64,000 bases of DNA from positions 1 to 64,000 of the forward strand of contig JBEGVH010000029.1 in the NCBI GenBank assembly GCA_041178425.1, given 5' to 3'. The DNA is from Pseudomonadota bacterium (GTDB lineage: Bacteria > Bdellovibrionota > Bdellovibrionia > Bdellovibrionales > Bdellovibrionaceae). Positions 20,942 to 32,146 of this stretch are shown here, one piece after another (within the stretch, counting starts at the first letter, position 1; every line of letters begins with the position of its first letter). Below the pieces are notes generated by a model. That model did not search any database, was not told the origin of the DNA, and saw only the letters and a program-made list of their open reading frames with translations. Both the position numbers and the translations under genes were made by a program.

Positions 20942-22465
20942 TTACTCCCACTCAATCGTTGCTGGCGGTTTACTCGTAACATCATAGACCACGCGATTAA
21001 TTCCCTTCACTTTATTCGTGATGCGATTTGAAATCTCGCGGAGATCATTGAATTCAAAGGGGTACCAATCCGCCGTCATCCCATCAGATGACGTCACGGC
21101 ACGAATCGCCAAAACCTTATCATAGGTTCGCGCATCCCCTTGAACACCCACCGAACTGACTGGCAGAAGAACACAAAAGGCCTGCCAAATCTTATCATAA
21201 ATATTTTTCTCTCGTAGATAGTTAATATAAATCTCATCAGCATCTCGCAAAACATTGAGATTGGATTCGTTCACTTCTCCCAAAACTCGAATAGCCAATC
21301 CAGGCCCTGGGAACGGATGACGCCACAATAAATGATGGGGAATGCCAAGTTGAGCGCCAAGTCGCCGCACTTCATCTTTGAAGAGTTCACGCACCGGTTC
21401 AACTAATTTCAATTTCATTTTGTCAGGAAGCCCACCCACGTTGTGATGAGATTTGATGGTGACAGAACCACCAATCGAAGAAACGCTTTCGATCACATCG
21501 GGATAAAGAGTGCCTTGCGCCAAAAATTGCACTTTAGGAAGCCCATCAAGACTCTTTTCGAAAATTTCAATAAACAAACGGCCAATCGTTTTTCGCTTTT
21601 GCTCAGGATCATAAACCCCTTGGAGAGCCGTCATAAATTCTTTCACTGCATCGACGCCTCGAACATCTAGTCCTAACTCATGGTAATGTTTCAAAACGGT
21701 TTCGAATTCATTCTTACGAAGCAATCCGTTATTGACAAACACACAGTGAACTCGCTCTTTACCCAGAGTTCGGGTTAGTAGCGTTGCCACTACTGTTGAA
21801 TCGACCCCTCCGCTAAGGGCGCATAGAACCTGGTCATTGGGCCCTACTTTTTCAAGAATTTCATTTTGCAAATGATGCAGCATTTGCGGAGCATCCCAAT
21901 CAGCCGGCGCCTTACACAGATCAACGGCAAAACTTTTCAACACTTCCAACCCGTGCGCCGTGTGACTGACTTCAGGATGAAATTGAACAGCGCGCACACG
22001 ATCACTCTCCATTGCTGCCAAATGGCCCGATGAAGACTTTGCAGAAGGCTTAAATCCAGGAGGAACTTTTTTTACGACATCCCCATGTGACATCCAACAA
22101 TGCTGCGAAGGAGGAACTGCACCCCAATGACTGTCCCAATGCACCGTCATTAAACCGTATTCGCGATGAGTGGCTTTTTCTACTTCGCCACCAAGATCAT
22201 GGGCCAAAAGCTGCATGCCATAACAAACACCAAGAACAGGAGCAATCTCAATAAGCTCACGGACCGGACGCCGAGGAGAAGACTCTTCATAGACACTGTT
22301 CGGTCCGCCACTCAGAACAATTCCATAGGGATTCTTGGCTTTGAGTTCTGACGTTGGCGTCTTATAGGACAAAATTTCACTATAATAACCTAACTCGCGA
22401 AAGCGCCGAGCAATCAATTGAGTGAACTGAGAACCGAAATCGATAATTAAAAAGCCTCTCTTCAT
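20942..22465 (-). CDS. guaA: GMP synthase (glutamine-hydrolysing)
   Basis: DFGSQFTQLI, GVCYGMQ, QFHPEV, LSGGVDS, IKSHHNVGGLP, KPPATIEWE. Confidence 0.98.
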   Translation of the reverse strand: MKRGFLIIDFGSQFTQLIARRFRELGYYSEILSYKTPTSELKAKNPYGIVLSGGPNSVYEESSPRRPVRELIEIAPVLGVCYGMQLLAHDLGGEVEKATHREYGLMTVHWDSHWGAVPPSQHCWMSHGDVVKKVPPGFKPSAKSSSGHLAAMESDRVRAVQFHPEVSHTAHGLEVLKSFAVDLCKAPADWDAPQMLHHLQNEILEKVGPNDQVLCALSGGVDSTVVATLLTRTLGKERVHCVFVNNGLLRKNEFETVLKHYHELGLDVRGVDAVKEFMTALQGVYDPEQKRKTIGRLFIEIFEKSLDGLPKVQFLAQGTLYPDVIESVSSIGGSVTIKSHHNVGGLPDKMKLKLVEPVRELFKDEVRRLGAQLGIPHHLLWRHPFPGPGLAIRVLGEVNESNLNVLRDADEIYINYLREKNIYDKIWQAFCVLLPVSSVGVQGDARTYDKVLAIRAVTSSDGMTADWYPFEFNDLREISNRITNKVKGINRVVYDVTSKPPATIEWE

Positions 22466-22575
22466 GGTTGCAAATCCTTTTCTTTTTTCTGAAAAATTGG
22501 CGGAGACCCCTTCTCCGCCCTAATGGACAAAATACCACGAGCTCCGACTCCGCTGAGCCCTTACTCTCCAACGTT

Positions 22576-24060
<1,485 letters not shown>

Positions 24061-24260
24061 TTAAGCCTCCAAACTATTGATTTAAAAAAGAATACTGAGA
24101 TTTAAGCGTAGAGGCGAGAACAGAATTTATTTTAGGCTCCGCGCAAAAGAGATTTGCAGAGAAAATCACCATCAAAGCAAAAGAAATAGGCCCATCGAGG
24201 CAACGACCTCCCCTTTGAAATGAGAAAGAGAGAATTTTATTGTTGACTCACGCCCTTGGC

Positions 24261-26936
24261 TTATCTGGTTTCACTGAGGTCAAACTTAAAATCGAGGGCC
24301 GAATGAAGTCCCTGCCAAATCGTGGCATCGTAAACCTCTTCGTTTGGAAAAATAAAGGGATTAGGAGTTCCTTGAATGGCCTCCAATGTCGACTTCATGT
24401 CTGGATAGCTTTTGCCCTTTCGAAGGGAATCAATCAAAACTCTTTCATGATTGTTGGACTTATCACTAAAGGTCCAGGCACTTGATTGGGTCGCTATCAC
24501 ATGAAGGATAGGGCTGCGGGCCGCGATGATTTCTTGTTTGGCACGATGATTTGACCAACAACTTCCATTCACATAAACTAAATCCGTGCCGCTCTTCTCT
24601 TCTCTTTGTCGCACCCATTCACCAAATTCAAAATCCCGGATAGGCACTTCTCTTCCACCCGTAAGGGGATCAATCTGCTCTGGTATTAAGAGATACACTT
24701 CTTCTCTTCGACCATCCGCCATTTTTTTTACGCCCTTAACCACATAGTTCTTTTTGGCCAACCAGACCACTTCATCATTTCCGCCCGAATGAGCTTCTTT
24801 GACGAGATAATCCACATTTCCTGAGATAATTTGTTCACGCACCCATTCTTTGGAGTCAACAACGGGAACAGCGTTCCAGGGAAACAAATAAAATCCTTTT
24901 AATTGTTCTCGCCAATCACCTTGCTGTTTCTTCCATTTCAATTGAGGAATTCCAAAGTTGAAACCCTCCTTTTGATAATAGGAAATCATTTTGGCCGCGA
25001 GGTTATCAAACCCATCGAGGAGATTCGAACTCAACATCACCACCCCGGTGAGTTTTTTATCGCTCCAAAGTTTGGAGTAATTGAGACTTTCGGATGAATT
25101 GATGATTCCACCCAACGAAAGACGACGAGCTTCTCCTTGCGCCTGCCATTTTTTTCCTCGATGAGACCAACGAATATTAAAGGGCGTCAGAGAGCCCTCT
25201 TGCACTATCAAGGGCGGCAAAAACTTCACGTAAAGTCCAAAAAAAGTGCGTGTCTGTGTTTCGCCATCGATCGGATCACTTCCAAAAATAACGGGCATAA
25301 CACTCTCATTCACCTGAAGGAGAGTGAAGTCGGTTTTTCCAACCGCCGGCAATCCAAAAAAAGGCTTGATGATTTCAACAATAACATTGGCAATTTTCGA
25401 TGTCGGTGCATTGACAAATTCAGGAATCAGCCTCACCTTTTCACTGATTCTAATAGCAATGAGATCGAGAACTTTCTCTTTGCGACTTTCCGATAATTTC
25501 TTGAGCCCCTCTTGCATAGCACTTAAGTACCAATGCCAAAGATCAGACCCGGAATCATTCAAGTTAAGGATATAAAGTAACATTCCTAAAGCGGTTTTTA
25601 CCTTTACTTTATCACTAAAACGGCTCCTCATTTTTTCTGCAAGAGTGGCACGATCAATTCCCGCCACCTTGCCCTCAAGGGCCGAAAGGGCAAGAATATA
25701 ATCTCCTCTACGCGTTCCATCGAGCAAACTCTCCACAAAGGCTTTTGCGTCCTTGTCTGAAAGACACTGGGTGGCAAGGTCGATTTCTATAAATCGGGGC
25801 ATGCTGTTTAAATTGGAATAAAGATTGAGATAGATCTTGTTCTCTGAAAAAAATCTCAATGTACCATTAAGGGCGGCGGCCAAAATATCGGGCCACTCTG
25901 TCATAATGCCGGTACGAGCATCAAAAACAGAGACGCCGGCCCCTTCGCTGGACTCAACAAAAAGCCTTCTTGCTCCGTCAACCACGACCGCTTCGGGGTT
26001 GATCGAAGAAGGAAATTCTTTAAGCATCCGGCCATCAGCCCCATAAAGAGAAATAGTTTGCTGAGCGGCGCTCACAACACCAATACTGTTCAATGGCCCT
26101 TCAAAAAATTCTACTGAATCAGGATCATTGATACCACTGCGTGGTATTTTTACGATACGACCGTCGGAGATATCCCAAATAAGAAATTGACTCCCTTCAT
26201 CGAAGGCCAAATAACGCTCGCCGATGAGACGACTCGTTAAGCTGGTAGTCTTTAACTCCATCAGCTTCTTTCCTGACGAGATCGCCATAAGAACAAACAC
26301 CGAGTAGTTCTCACTTGAACTGTCTAGGAGAACTTCTTGTCGAAAGGCCAAGCGATTGCCATATTGAATAACATTCACCATCTCAGTTCGCGAGTTCATC
26401 CAACCCAATCCATCCCCACCAGGGTTTACCTCGTAGAGTGTTTTCCAGGTCTTACTCTTTAAATGATAGCTGATGATTTTTCTCGTAGAGCTCAACAGAA
26501 CGGTGGCTCCATCTTCGCTCATTTTTAATTGAAAATACTCCCCGAGTTTCTGGTTTGAATCATGATCGGGAAGAAAAAAAGAATGAAGAACGTTGCCTCG
26601 AGAATCCAATACATAAAAATGGTTATCTTCGCTATCGATCCCTCGCAGAACAATTCGATTAAAAGAATTGTTTCGCGCCACCGGAAGAGCATTCATAGAT
26701 CGCTTTAAAACAAAAGAATTCCCTGAGGTCAAATCACTCATCCGAAGCTGGTCGAAATCCCCTCTTCGAAAGGCCTCAATATCAACATCTAGAATGGTTC
26801 CCATAGAATCAAACAATTGCCCATCGTGAAAACGGAACTCACCAATAGAGCGGTGACGGCAAGTCGAGTCTGCAAAACCCGTTGCCCCAGTGATCAGGAT
26901 GACCAACAAAATAAGAAAAATGGACATTAATTTCAT
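24261..26936 (-). CDS. Large secreted hypothetical protein; beta-propeller-like N-terminus, possible clan CD peptidase-like C-terminus
   Basis: Signal peptide; short beta-strand repeats (..IWDISDG, ..VFDARTG); C-terminal YLVKEAHSGG and LVYVNGSCWS. Confidence 0.7.
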   Translation of the reverse strand: MKLMSIFLILLVILITGATGFADSTCRHRSIGEFRFHDGQLFDSMGTILDVDIEAFRRGDFDQLRMSDLTSGNSFVLKRSMNALPVARNNSFNRIVLRGIDSEDNHFYVLDSRGNVLHSFFLPDHDSNQKLGEYFQLKMSEDGATVLLSSTRKIISYHLKSKTWKTLYEVNPGGDGLGWMNSRTEMVNVIQYGNRLAFRQEVLLDSSSENYSVFVLMAISSGKKLMELKTTSLTSRLIGERYLAFDEGSQFLIWDISDGRIVKIPRSGINDPDSVEFFEGPLNSIGVVSAAQQTISLYGADGRMLKEFPSSINPEAVVVDGARRLFVESSEGAGVSVFDARTGIMTEWPDILAAALNGTLRFFSENKIYLNLYSNLNSMPRFIEIDLATQCLSDKDAKAFVESLLDGTRRGDYILALSALEGKVAGIDRATLAEKMRSRFSDKVKVKTALGMLLYILNLNDSGSDLWHWYLSAMQEGLKKLSESRKEKVLDLIAIRISEKVRLIPEFVNAPTSKIANVIVEIIKPFFGLPAVGKTDFTLLQVNESVMPVIFGSDPIDGETQTRTFFGLYVKFLPPLIVQEGSLTPFNIRWSHRGKKWQAQGEARRLSLGGIINSSESLNYSKLWSDKKLTGVVMLSSNLLDGFDNLAAKMISYYQKEGFNFGIPQLKWKKQQGDWREQLKGFYLFPWNAVPVVDSKEWVREQIISGNVDYLVKEAHSGGNDEVVWLAKKNYVVKGVKKMADGRREEVYLLIPEQIDPLTGGREVPIRDFEFGEWVRQREEKSGTDLVYVNGSCWSNHRAKQEIIAARSPILHVIATQSSAWTFSDKSNNHERVLIDSLRKGKSYPDMKSTLEAIQGTPNPFIFPNEEVYDATIWQGLHSALDFKFDLSETR

Positions 26937-27110
26937 CGAGGCGCAATCCTATCATGCTTTTTTCATAGGCAAAAGTAATCCGCCGCCTTTTTCACTAAAG
27001 ATTAATGATTTACAAGACCGGTGACAAAAATAGCACCAAATAAAAATAACTTGGCTTTCGGGGTTCTTAAGATGACCATAACTCCTATTTAGTGACTCAT
27101 CGGGGGCCCT

Positions 27111-29477
27111 ATGCTTAAGACAACTTTAACTCACTTTCTGATACTCTTCTTGTTTACCTTTTTTGTCAGTTGTACGGCCAACAATCGGATCGACTCGAAT
27201 CAAAACCGCGCGATTGCCTCTTTCTCTGTAGATCAGGAGCATTTGTTTCGCGACCAAATACAGCCAATTTTCGACAAACGCTGCGTGGTTTGCCATGCCT
27301 GCACAGAAGCTCCTTGCCAATTGCATCTCGATTCCTATTCTGGCCTTCGCCGAGGAGCCACCTACACTGAGCTTGGTGCCAATATTCTCTATACCCCTCC
27401 CACAAGAGAAAAGGACGGCAAATCGATCACCGAATGGAGACTAAAAAACTTTTTTCCCGTCATTCCAGATCCCCATCAAGAGTATCATGATAACAACACA
27501 CTTCCTCCTCCCCGTGATTCTGACGTCTCCTTGCTCTACCGCTTTATAGAGTTAGGATCAGAAAATAATAAAGCTGGATTCGCCCTTGAGCCCACAATAG
27601 ACGCCCGTAAAAAGTCTCACACTTGCGCCCCCAATTTAGCCGCCTTTGAGGGACTCACAAAAGAGCACACTTGGGTTGGAATGCCTTATGGTTTTCCGGG
27701 ACTCCGAAGCGAGCAACTAGCCCTCATCAAAAAATGGATCGACCAGGGCGCTCGCTCCCCAGCCGCCACCGTTTCACCGACAGACCACGTATCCCATCAG
27801 TTAATTGCCCCTTGGGAACAAGTAATGAACTCCACCAGCAAAGCTCAACTGATGGCCCGCTATATTTATGAACATGTTTTTAGTGCCCATATTCATTTTA
27901 AAGGAACATCTCACGGGGAGTGGTATGAGCTCGTTCGTTCTTCAACCCCAGCTCCACACTCAATCGAAGAGATCGTTACCCCTCGACCCTACGACCCACC
28001 CCCTGATGGAATTAAGGTTTATTATCGCTTTCAGCGAATTCACCGCACAATCGCGCGGGCCTCTCATATTCCTTGGGAGATCGACCACAAACTTCTTGAA
28101 CACTTTAAAACCCTATTTCTCAAAATGCCCTGGCAACCGGCGACGCCTCAACAACACGCCGAATTCGAACCCATCACAAACCCAGGTTATAGTTCAAAAA
28201 ATCCATTTAAATATTTTCAACAAATACCCGCTAAGCTTCGGTATCAATTCCTTCTCGAAAACTCGCAATTGATAGCCAATGCAATGATCCGAGGACCAGC
28301 CTGTAGTGGGCGTGTCGCCACAAGTGCAATCCGTGATCATTTTTGGGTGTTTTTCTTAAAACCAGAATCGGATGTGACTGTTCTTTCACCCGAAATTGGT
28401 TTAGCGGAATGGACACCCCTGAGCGAACTCGATATTCGATCTTTCGTAAAACCCCATCTAAAATACACCAACGCCATGAAGAAATTGAAACCCGATGGAT
28501 TTGGCATTGCTGATATGTGGACTGACAATAAAGAGTCTCATAACGCTCTTTTAACTATTTTCAGACATGGCACCAGTGCATCGGTTCACCAAGGTTTACT
28601 GGGAGGAATGCCTCCCACTTTTTGGGTTCTGAATTTTTCAAACTTCGAAAGAATTTATTATAATCTTGTCGCCGACTACGAACTCTGGGGAAGCTCTGCC
28701 CACAAAGCCTCAACCTGGAACTACATGAGTCGCCATCGATCAGAAGCCGAAGAAAGATTCATCAGTTTTTTACCAGAAAATATCCGTTCTAAAATCCGAT
28801 ACCAATGGACGCAAGGACTTGGACAGGCTTCCAATTTGACTCAAGCGGCACTCTCCGAAGGCATCAAATCAAAAGTTAATCTCACGGATTCTACCCACCC
28901 TATAGATTCGCTCATTACGCAACTATTGGCGCAATTTTCTGCCACCCAGATCAATCCTCAAAATCAGATCCAAAGAGCGCAACTTGAGGTGAAGGATCTC
29001 AATCACGATTTTAAAAATTTTGAAGACTGGGAACAAACGGCTCTTTCTCTTTTTGAAAAAACAGCTTTACCTGCGGTCAGATATTTTCCTGAGATTGTTT
29101 ATCTTCGGATTGATGACCGACCTTACACAATAATTAACAATCGATTTTACAAATTTAATAACATTATTGCGATGGAGAAATTTGCCTACGAACCCAATAA
29201 AAACAAAATGTATCTAATGCGAAACCTCATCGGAGACAAACCCGAATACTTTGCCGATCTTTCTCTCAAAGAGGCTCGTGGCTTTCTGGTAGATCTGAGA
29301 ATGGTTTACCTTTTCTCTGATTGGGTGAAATTTAAAAATAAATACTTTACTCGTCGTAATCAGCCCCCCGTGTGGGCCCTCTCGGATTGGTTTACCGATT
29401 GGCAAAAAGAACATCAGCCTCTGGAAGCAGGAGCACTTGACCTACGAGAATATGATGTCGAAATAGACAGACAGTGA
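27111..29477 (+). CDS. cti: Fatty acid cis/trans isomerase (heme c lipoprotein)
   Basis: IQPIFDKRCVVCHAC..APCQL, GMPYG.P.L, RYIYEH.F.AHI.F, IRGPACSG..A...IRDHFWV.F, FRHG.SASVH.GL, ERIYY.LV; lipobox FVSC. Confidence 0.9.
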   Translation: MLKTTLTHFLILFLFTFFVSCTANNRIDSNQNRAIASFSVDQEHLFRDQIQPIFDKRCVVCHACTEAPCQLHLDSYSGLRRGATYTELGANILYTPPTREKDGKSITEWRLKNFFPVIPDPHQEYHDNNTLPPPRDSDVSLLYRFIELGSENNKAGFALEPTIDARKKSHTCAPNLAAFEGLTKEHTWVGMPYGFPGLRSEQLALIKKWIDQGARSPAATVSPTDHVSHQLIAPWEQVMNSTSKAQLMARYIYEHVFSAHIHFKGTSHGEWYELVRSSTPAPHSIEEIVTPRPYDPPPDGIKVYYRFQRIHRTIARASHIPWEIDHKLLEHFKTLFLKMPWQPATPQQHAEFEPITNPGYSSKNPFKYFQQIPAKLRYQFLLENSQLIANAMIRGPACSGRVATSAIRDHFWVFFLKPESDVTVLSPEIGLAEWTPLSELDIRSFVKPHLKYTNAMKKLKPDGFGIADMWTDNKESHNALLTIFRHGTSASVHQGLLGGMPPTFWVLNFSNFERIYYNLVADYELWGSSAHKASTWNYMSRHRSEAEERFISFLPENIRSKIRYQWTQGLGQASNLTQAALSEGIKSKVNLTDSTHPIDSLITQLLAQFSATQINPQNQIQRAQLEVKDLNHDFKNFEDWEQTALSLFEKTALPAVRYFPEIVYLRIDDRPYTIINNRFYKFNNIIAMEKFAYEPNKNKMYLMRNLIGDKPEYFADLSLKEARGFLVDLRMVYLFSDWVKFKNKYFTRRNQPPVWALSDWFTDWQKEHQPLEAGALDLREYDVEIDRQ

Positions 29478-29481
29478 TCAA

Positions 29482-30528
29482 TTATTTTTGACTTCGCTTA
29501 TCCATCACATGTCGATAGGAATTTTCGATAATTTTTGTATTCTCTGGTTTATCGAGAATTTTTAAACAGGTGTTAAGTTTTCGCTGATACCCACGCTGCT
29601 CGGAGGCAGAGGCTCCATTGTATCGCTTGGCACCAAAAAAAGTAAATTTGTTGTCATTCATCGGATCAAAACCCACGAGCTTTAAGTAAAAGATGCTCGC
29701 AAAAACTGAGTGCTTTGGCATAGCAGGAATACGATAATAAACACTGCCACTGGTGCTATAACACTTAATTGGATCCGCGAGTCCCTCATCCCAATTGACC
29801 AAAGAGGGGTCCGTCGCTGTCATGGCTTCACTTTTCTCGAGTAAATCTCTTTTTTCTTTTGAGATACAAATAAGCGGATTGTTTCGATACCGTTCACAAC
29901 CATTCGTTTTTTCACCTGGCTTGATAGCACTGCAACAGAGTGGCATTTCGTAAGGGTGAAGGGTGCGACAGTTGGTCCCTGCACCAAGAAAACTCAGCTG
30001 TTTATCGGTATAGGGAACTTTCGGACAGGCATTAAAGATGGCCTTATAGGCCGGCGGACGAATCTGACCAATATTTGTTTGATCGCAGTCGTCATATCTT
30101 TTTGGCAAATTTCCGTAATGGGTTTCTGCTACAAACACGCAGGCTGTTTGTTTTAGTGTTTTAATTATGTTCCCTTGGTCTCCCGGCTTATCGCCTTTAA
30201 AAACCGTTTTTATGGAGTCCACGCTGGTTTCAAAAATCCACTCGGCATTGGGATTATCGCCACTGAGTAGCTTAATATGCGAGTTGACGTAGCTGGCAGT
30301 TTCGGCGTCGTCTTCCTCTTCTTTTTCTTTTTCCTTTGCTTTAAATCCCTCTTTCAGCGCGTTAACCATATTTTGAGTGGCAATGGTCGCCCCGCCATCT
30401 GAGATGGGTTTCGGAGGGTTTTTCTTGATCTTAGCAAAAACGGAGTCACCCATGAAAATCGACCCAATTACGATTACGAGTAAACTAAATCGCTTGAAAA
30501 GGCAGAGTCCTAAAGTTACTGATTTCAT
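29482..30528 (-). CDS. Cys-rich secreted protein, possible divergent lysozyme/lytic transglycosylase fold
   Basis: Signal peptide; VFVAET, IGQI, ASIFYLK and RYNG occur in SLT motif order. Confidence 0.6.
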   Translation of the reverse strand: MKSVTLGLCLFKRFSLLVIVIGSIFMGDSVFAKIKKNPPKPISDGGATIATQNMVNALKEGFKAKEKEKEEEDDAETASYVNSHIKLLSGDNPNAEWIFETSVDSIKTVFKGDKPGDQGNIIKTLKQTACVFVAETHYGNLPKRYDDCDQTNIGQIRPPAYKAIFNACPKVPYTDKQLSFLGAGTNCRTLHPYEMPLCCSAIKPGEKTNGCERYRNNPLICISKEKRDLLEKSEAMTATDPSLVNWDEGLADPIKCYSTSGSVYYRIPAMPKHSVFASIFYLKLVGFDPMNDNKFTFFGAKRYNGASASEQRGYQRKLNTCLKILDKPENTKIIENSYRHVMDKRSQK

Positions 30529-30682
30529 TTCTGACAGCCTCCTCGAATAAAAGAAGTCGGAACCAACAGGCCTGCAAAAAAAAATCCAAAACGAATTGGC
30601 TTATATTTGTTCTCAATGGGATTTGACCCTGAAGGAGTGACAATTTTGAGCTTAAAGCAGTGCTGTTTACGACCGATTCAGT

Positions 30683-31417
30683 CTAGGCCGAAAAATAGGT
30701 TCCAAAAAGATCTCGATAGATTTCCATAAGAATATGGTTGACTCTTTTTAAGGTGTCCTGCGAGGACTCTAAATTAAAGTGAGTTCCAAGCATGATTTGA
30801 TTGTGCTTGGCGGAGCCAAAACCACCGGAGCCCTCCACCGTTTGACAGTGAGCCACCATCAGTTCCAGGCTCTCTGGCGGGCGCTGCCTAATGTTCAGCA
30901 CCACGTTGAGCCTATCGCCAACATTGATTGGTAATCCATTAGCCTGAACAACCAACCCCAATCCTCGTTCACTGATGTCGGCCATTTTGGCAAACACTCC
31001 AGCCTTTTGGGAATTCACATGCGTGAGTCGCACGACCGCATAAAAATCAGAGGGAATCGGTAAACGATAGGCAGCTCTTCGTTGGAGTCGATACAAGGGA
31101 GTCAGGAGATTCAGCTCCCCCTGATTTTCACTTTTTTTGATTAACTTCGCTTTGAATAAATACTTTTTATTTTCAAAATCAAAACAAAACGTTCCTTCAG
31201 CATCAGGGCTCTCTTTTGGCAAAAGGCGAAATCCACCTGAAAAAACCACAAAGCCTTTGGCGGCTCCTCGAGGGTGAAACACGAAGCCCGAATCATTCGC
31301 TGATCGCCCAAAGATAGGTACTGACTGGCTATGAATCTTTTGACTCAACAAATGAACTTCTTGATCGGGTACTTCTTCAAAGACTTGATGATTATTGAGG
31401 CCAGGGACTCTCTTCAT
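30683..31417 (-). CDS. PilZ domain protein (YcgR-like architecture)
   Basis: QRRAAYR (RxxxR) and DISERG (DxSxxG) c-di-GMP-binding motifs. Confidence 0.88.
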   Translation of the reverse strand: MKRVPGLNNHQVFEEVPDQEVHLLSQKIHSQSVPIFGRSANDSGFVFHPRGAAKGFVVFSGGFRLLPKESPDAEGTFCFDFENKKYLFKAKLIKKSENQGELNLLTPLYRLQRRAAYRLPIPSDFYAVVRLTHVNSQKAGVFAKMADISERGLGLVVQANGLPINVGDRLNVVLNIRQRPPESLELMVAHCQTVEGSGGFGSAKHNQIMLGTHFNLESSQDTLKRVNHILMEIYRDLFGTYFSA

Positions 31418-31564
31418 ATTTTCTAGTCAAACAAGAAGCTCTGCCAACGGCAATTAAAAAGGCGCTCCACGACCAATGACTTGATTTGCGCAAATCATCA
31501 GCATCCCCCTTCAAAGTCTGTCACACCTTCCGATAGGAGGAACAAGCCAATGGGGGAGCTACCT

Positions 31565-32143
31565 ATGAGAAGAAATATTACGACATTCGTTCTTTCAGTT
31601 TTTTCACCATTTATTTTGACCGGCCTATCCTCTCAGACTCAGGCAAAAACACTGCCATCCGCCTGTCAGAACACCCTCGCCTTTTCTAAACAAAAATACT
31701 TTGGTATCGCCAAGGCACCCGTTTCCGATTATTTACTGGTTGATAAATCAAGACGCCTTCTTCACCTCTTTCAGGACGGACAAATTATTAAGAGTTATCA
31801 AGTGGGCCTGGGTAATAATCCGGTTGGCGCCAAACAGGCGGCCGGCGATGGTAAAACACCTGAAGGTTCTTATTTTATCGACTCCCGAAACGCCGCAAGC
31901 AACTTTCACCTAGCACTCCACATTAGTTACCCCGATCAAGACGACATCAACAACGCCCGAAAAAAAGGCCTAGAACCCGGTGGGGCCATTATGATTCATG
32001 GTCTCCCCAATGAAGGTTGGAAAAAAATATTCATACGCCAGCCTAGCGACTGGACCAAGGGTTGTGTCGCTGTCAAAGACCGCGAGATCGAAGAAATTTG
32101 GGACATGGTTAAACCAGGAACGCCGATTGATCTTTGCCCATGA
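31565..32143 (+). CDS. L,D-transpeptidase family (YkuD) protein
   Basis: VDKS.R.L.L, GDGKTPEG.Y, ISYP, GGAIMIHG, DWTKGCVA. Confidence 0.92.
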   Translation: MRRNITTFVLSVFSPFILTGLSSQTQAKTLPSACQNTLAFSKQKYFGIAKAPVSDYLLVDKSRRLLHLFQDGQIIKSYQVGLGNNPVGAKQAAGDGKTPEGSYFIDSRNAASNFHLALHISYPDQDDINNARKKGLEPGGAIMIHGLPNEGWKKIFIRQPSDWTKGCVAVKDREIEEIWDMVKPGTPIDLCP

Positions 32144-32146
32144 GAC

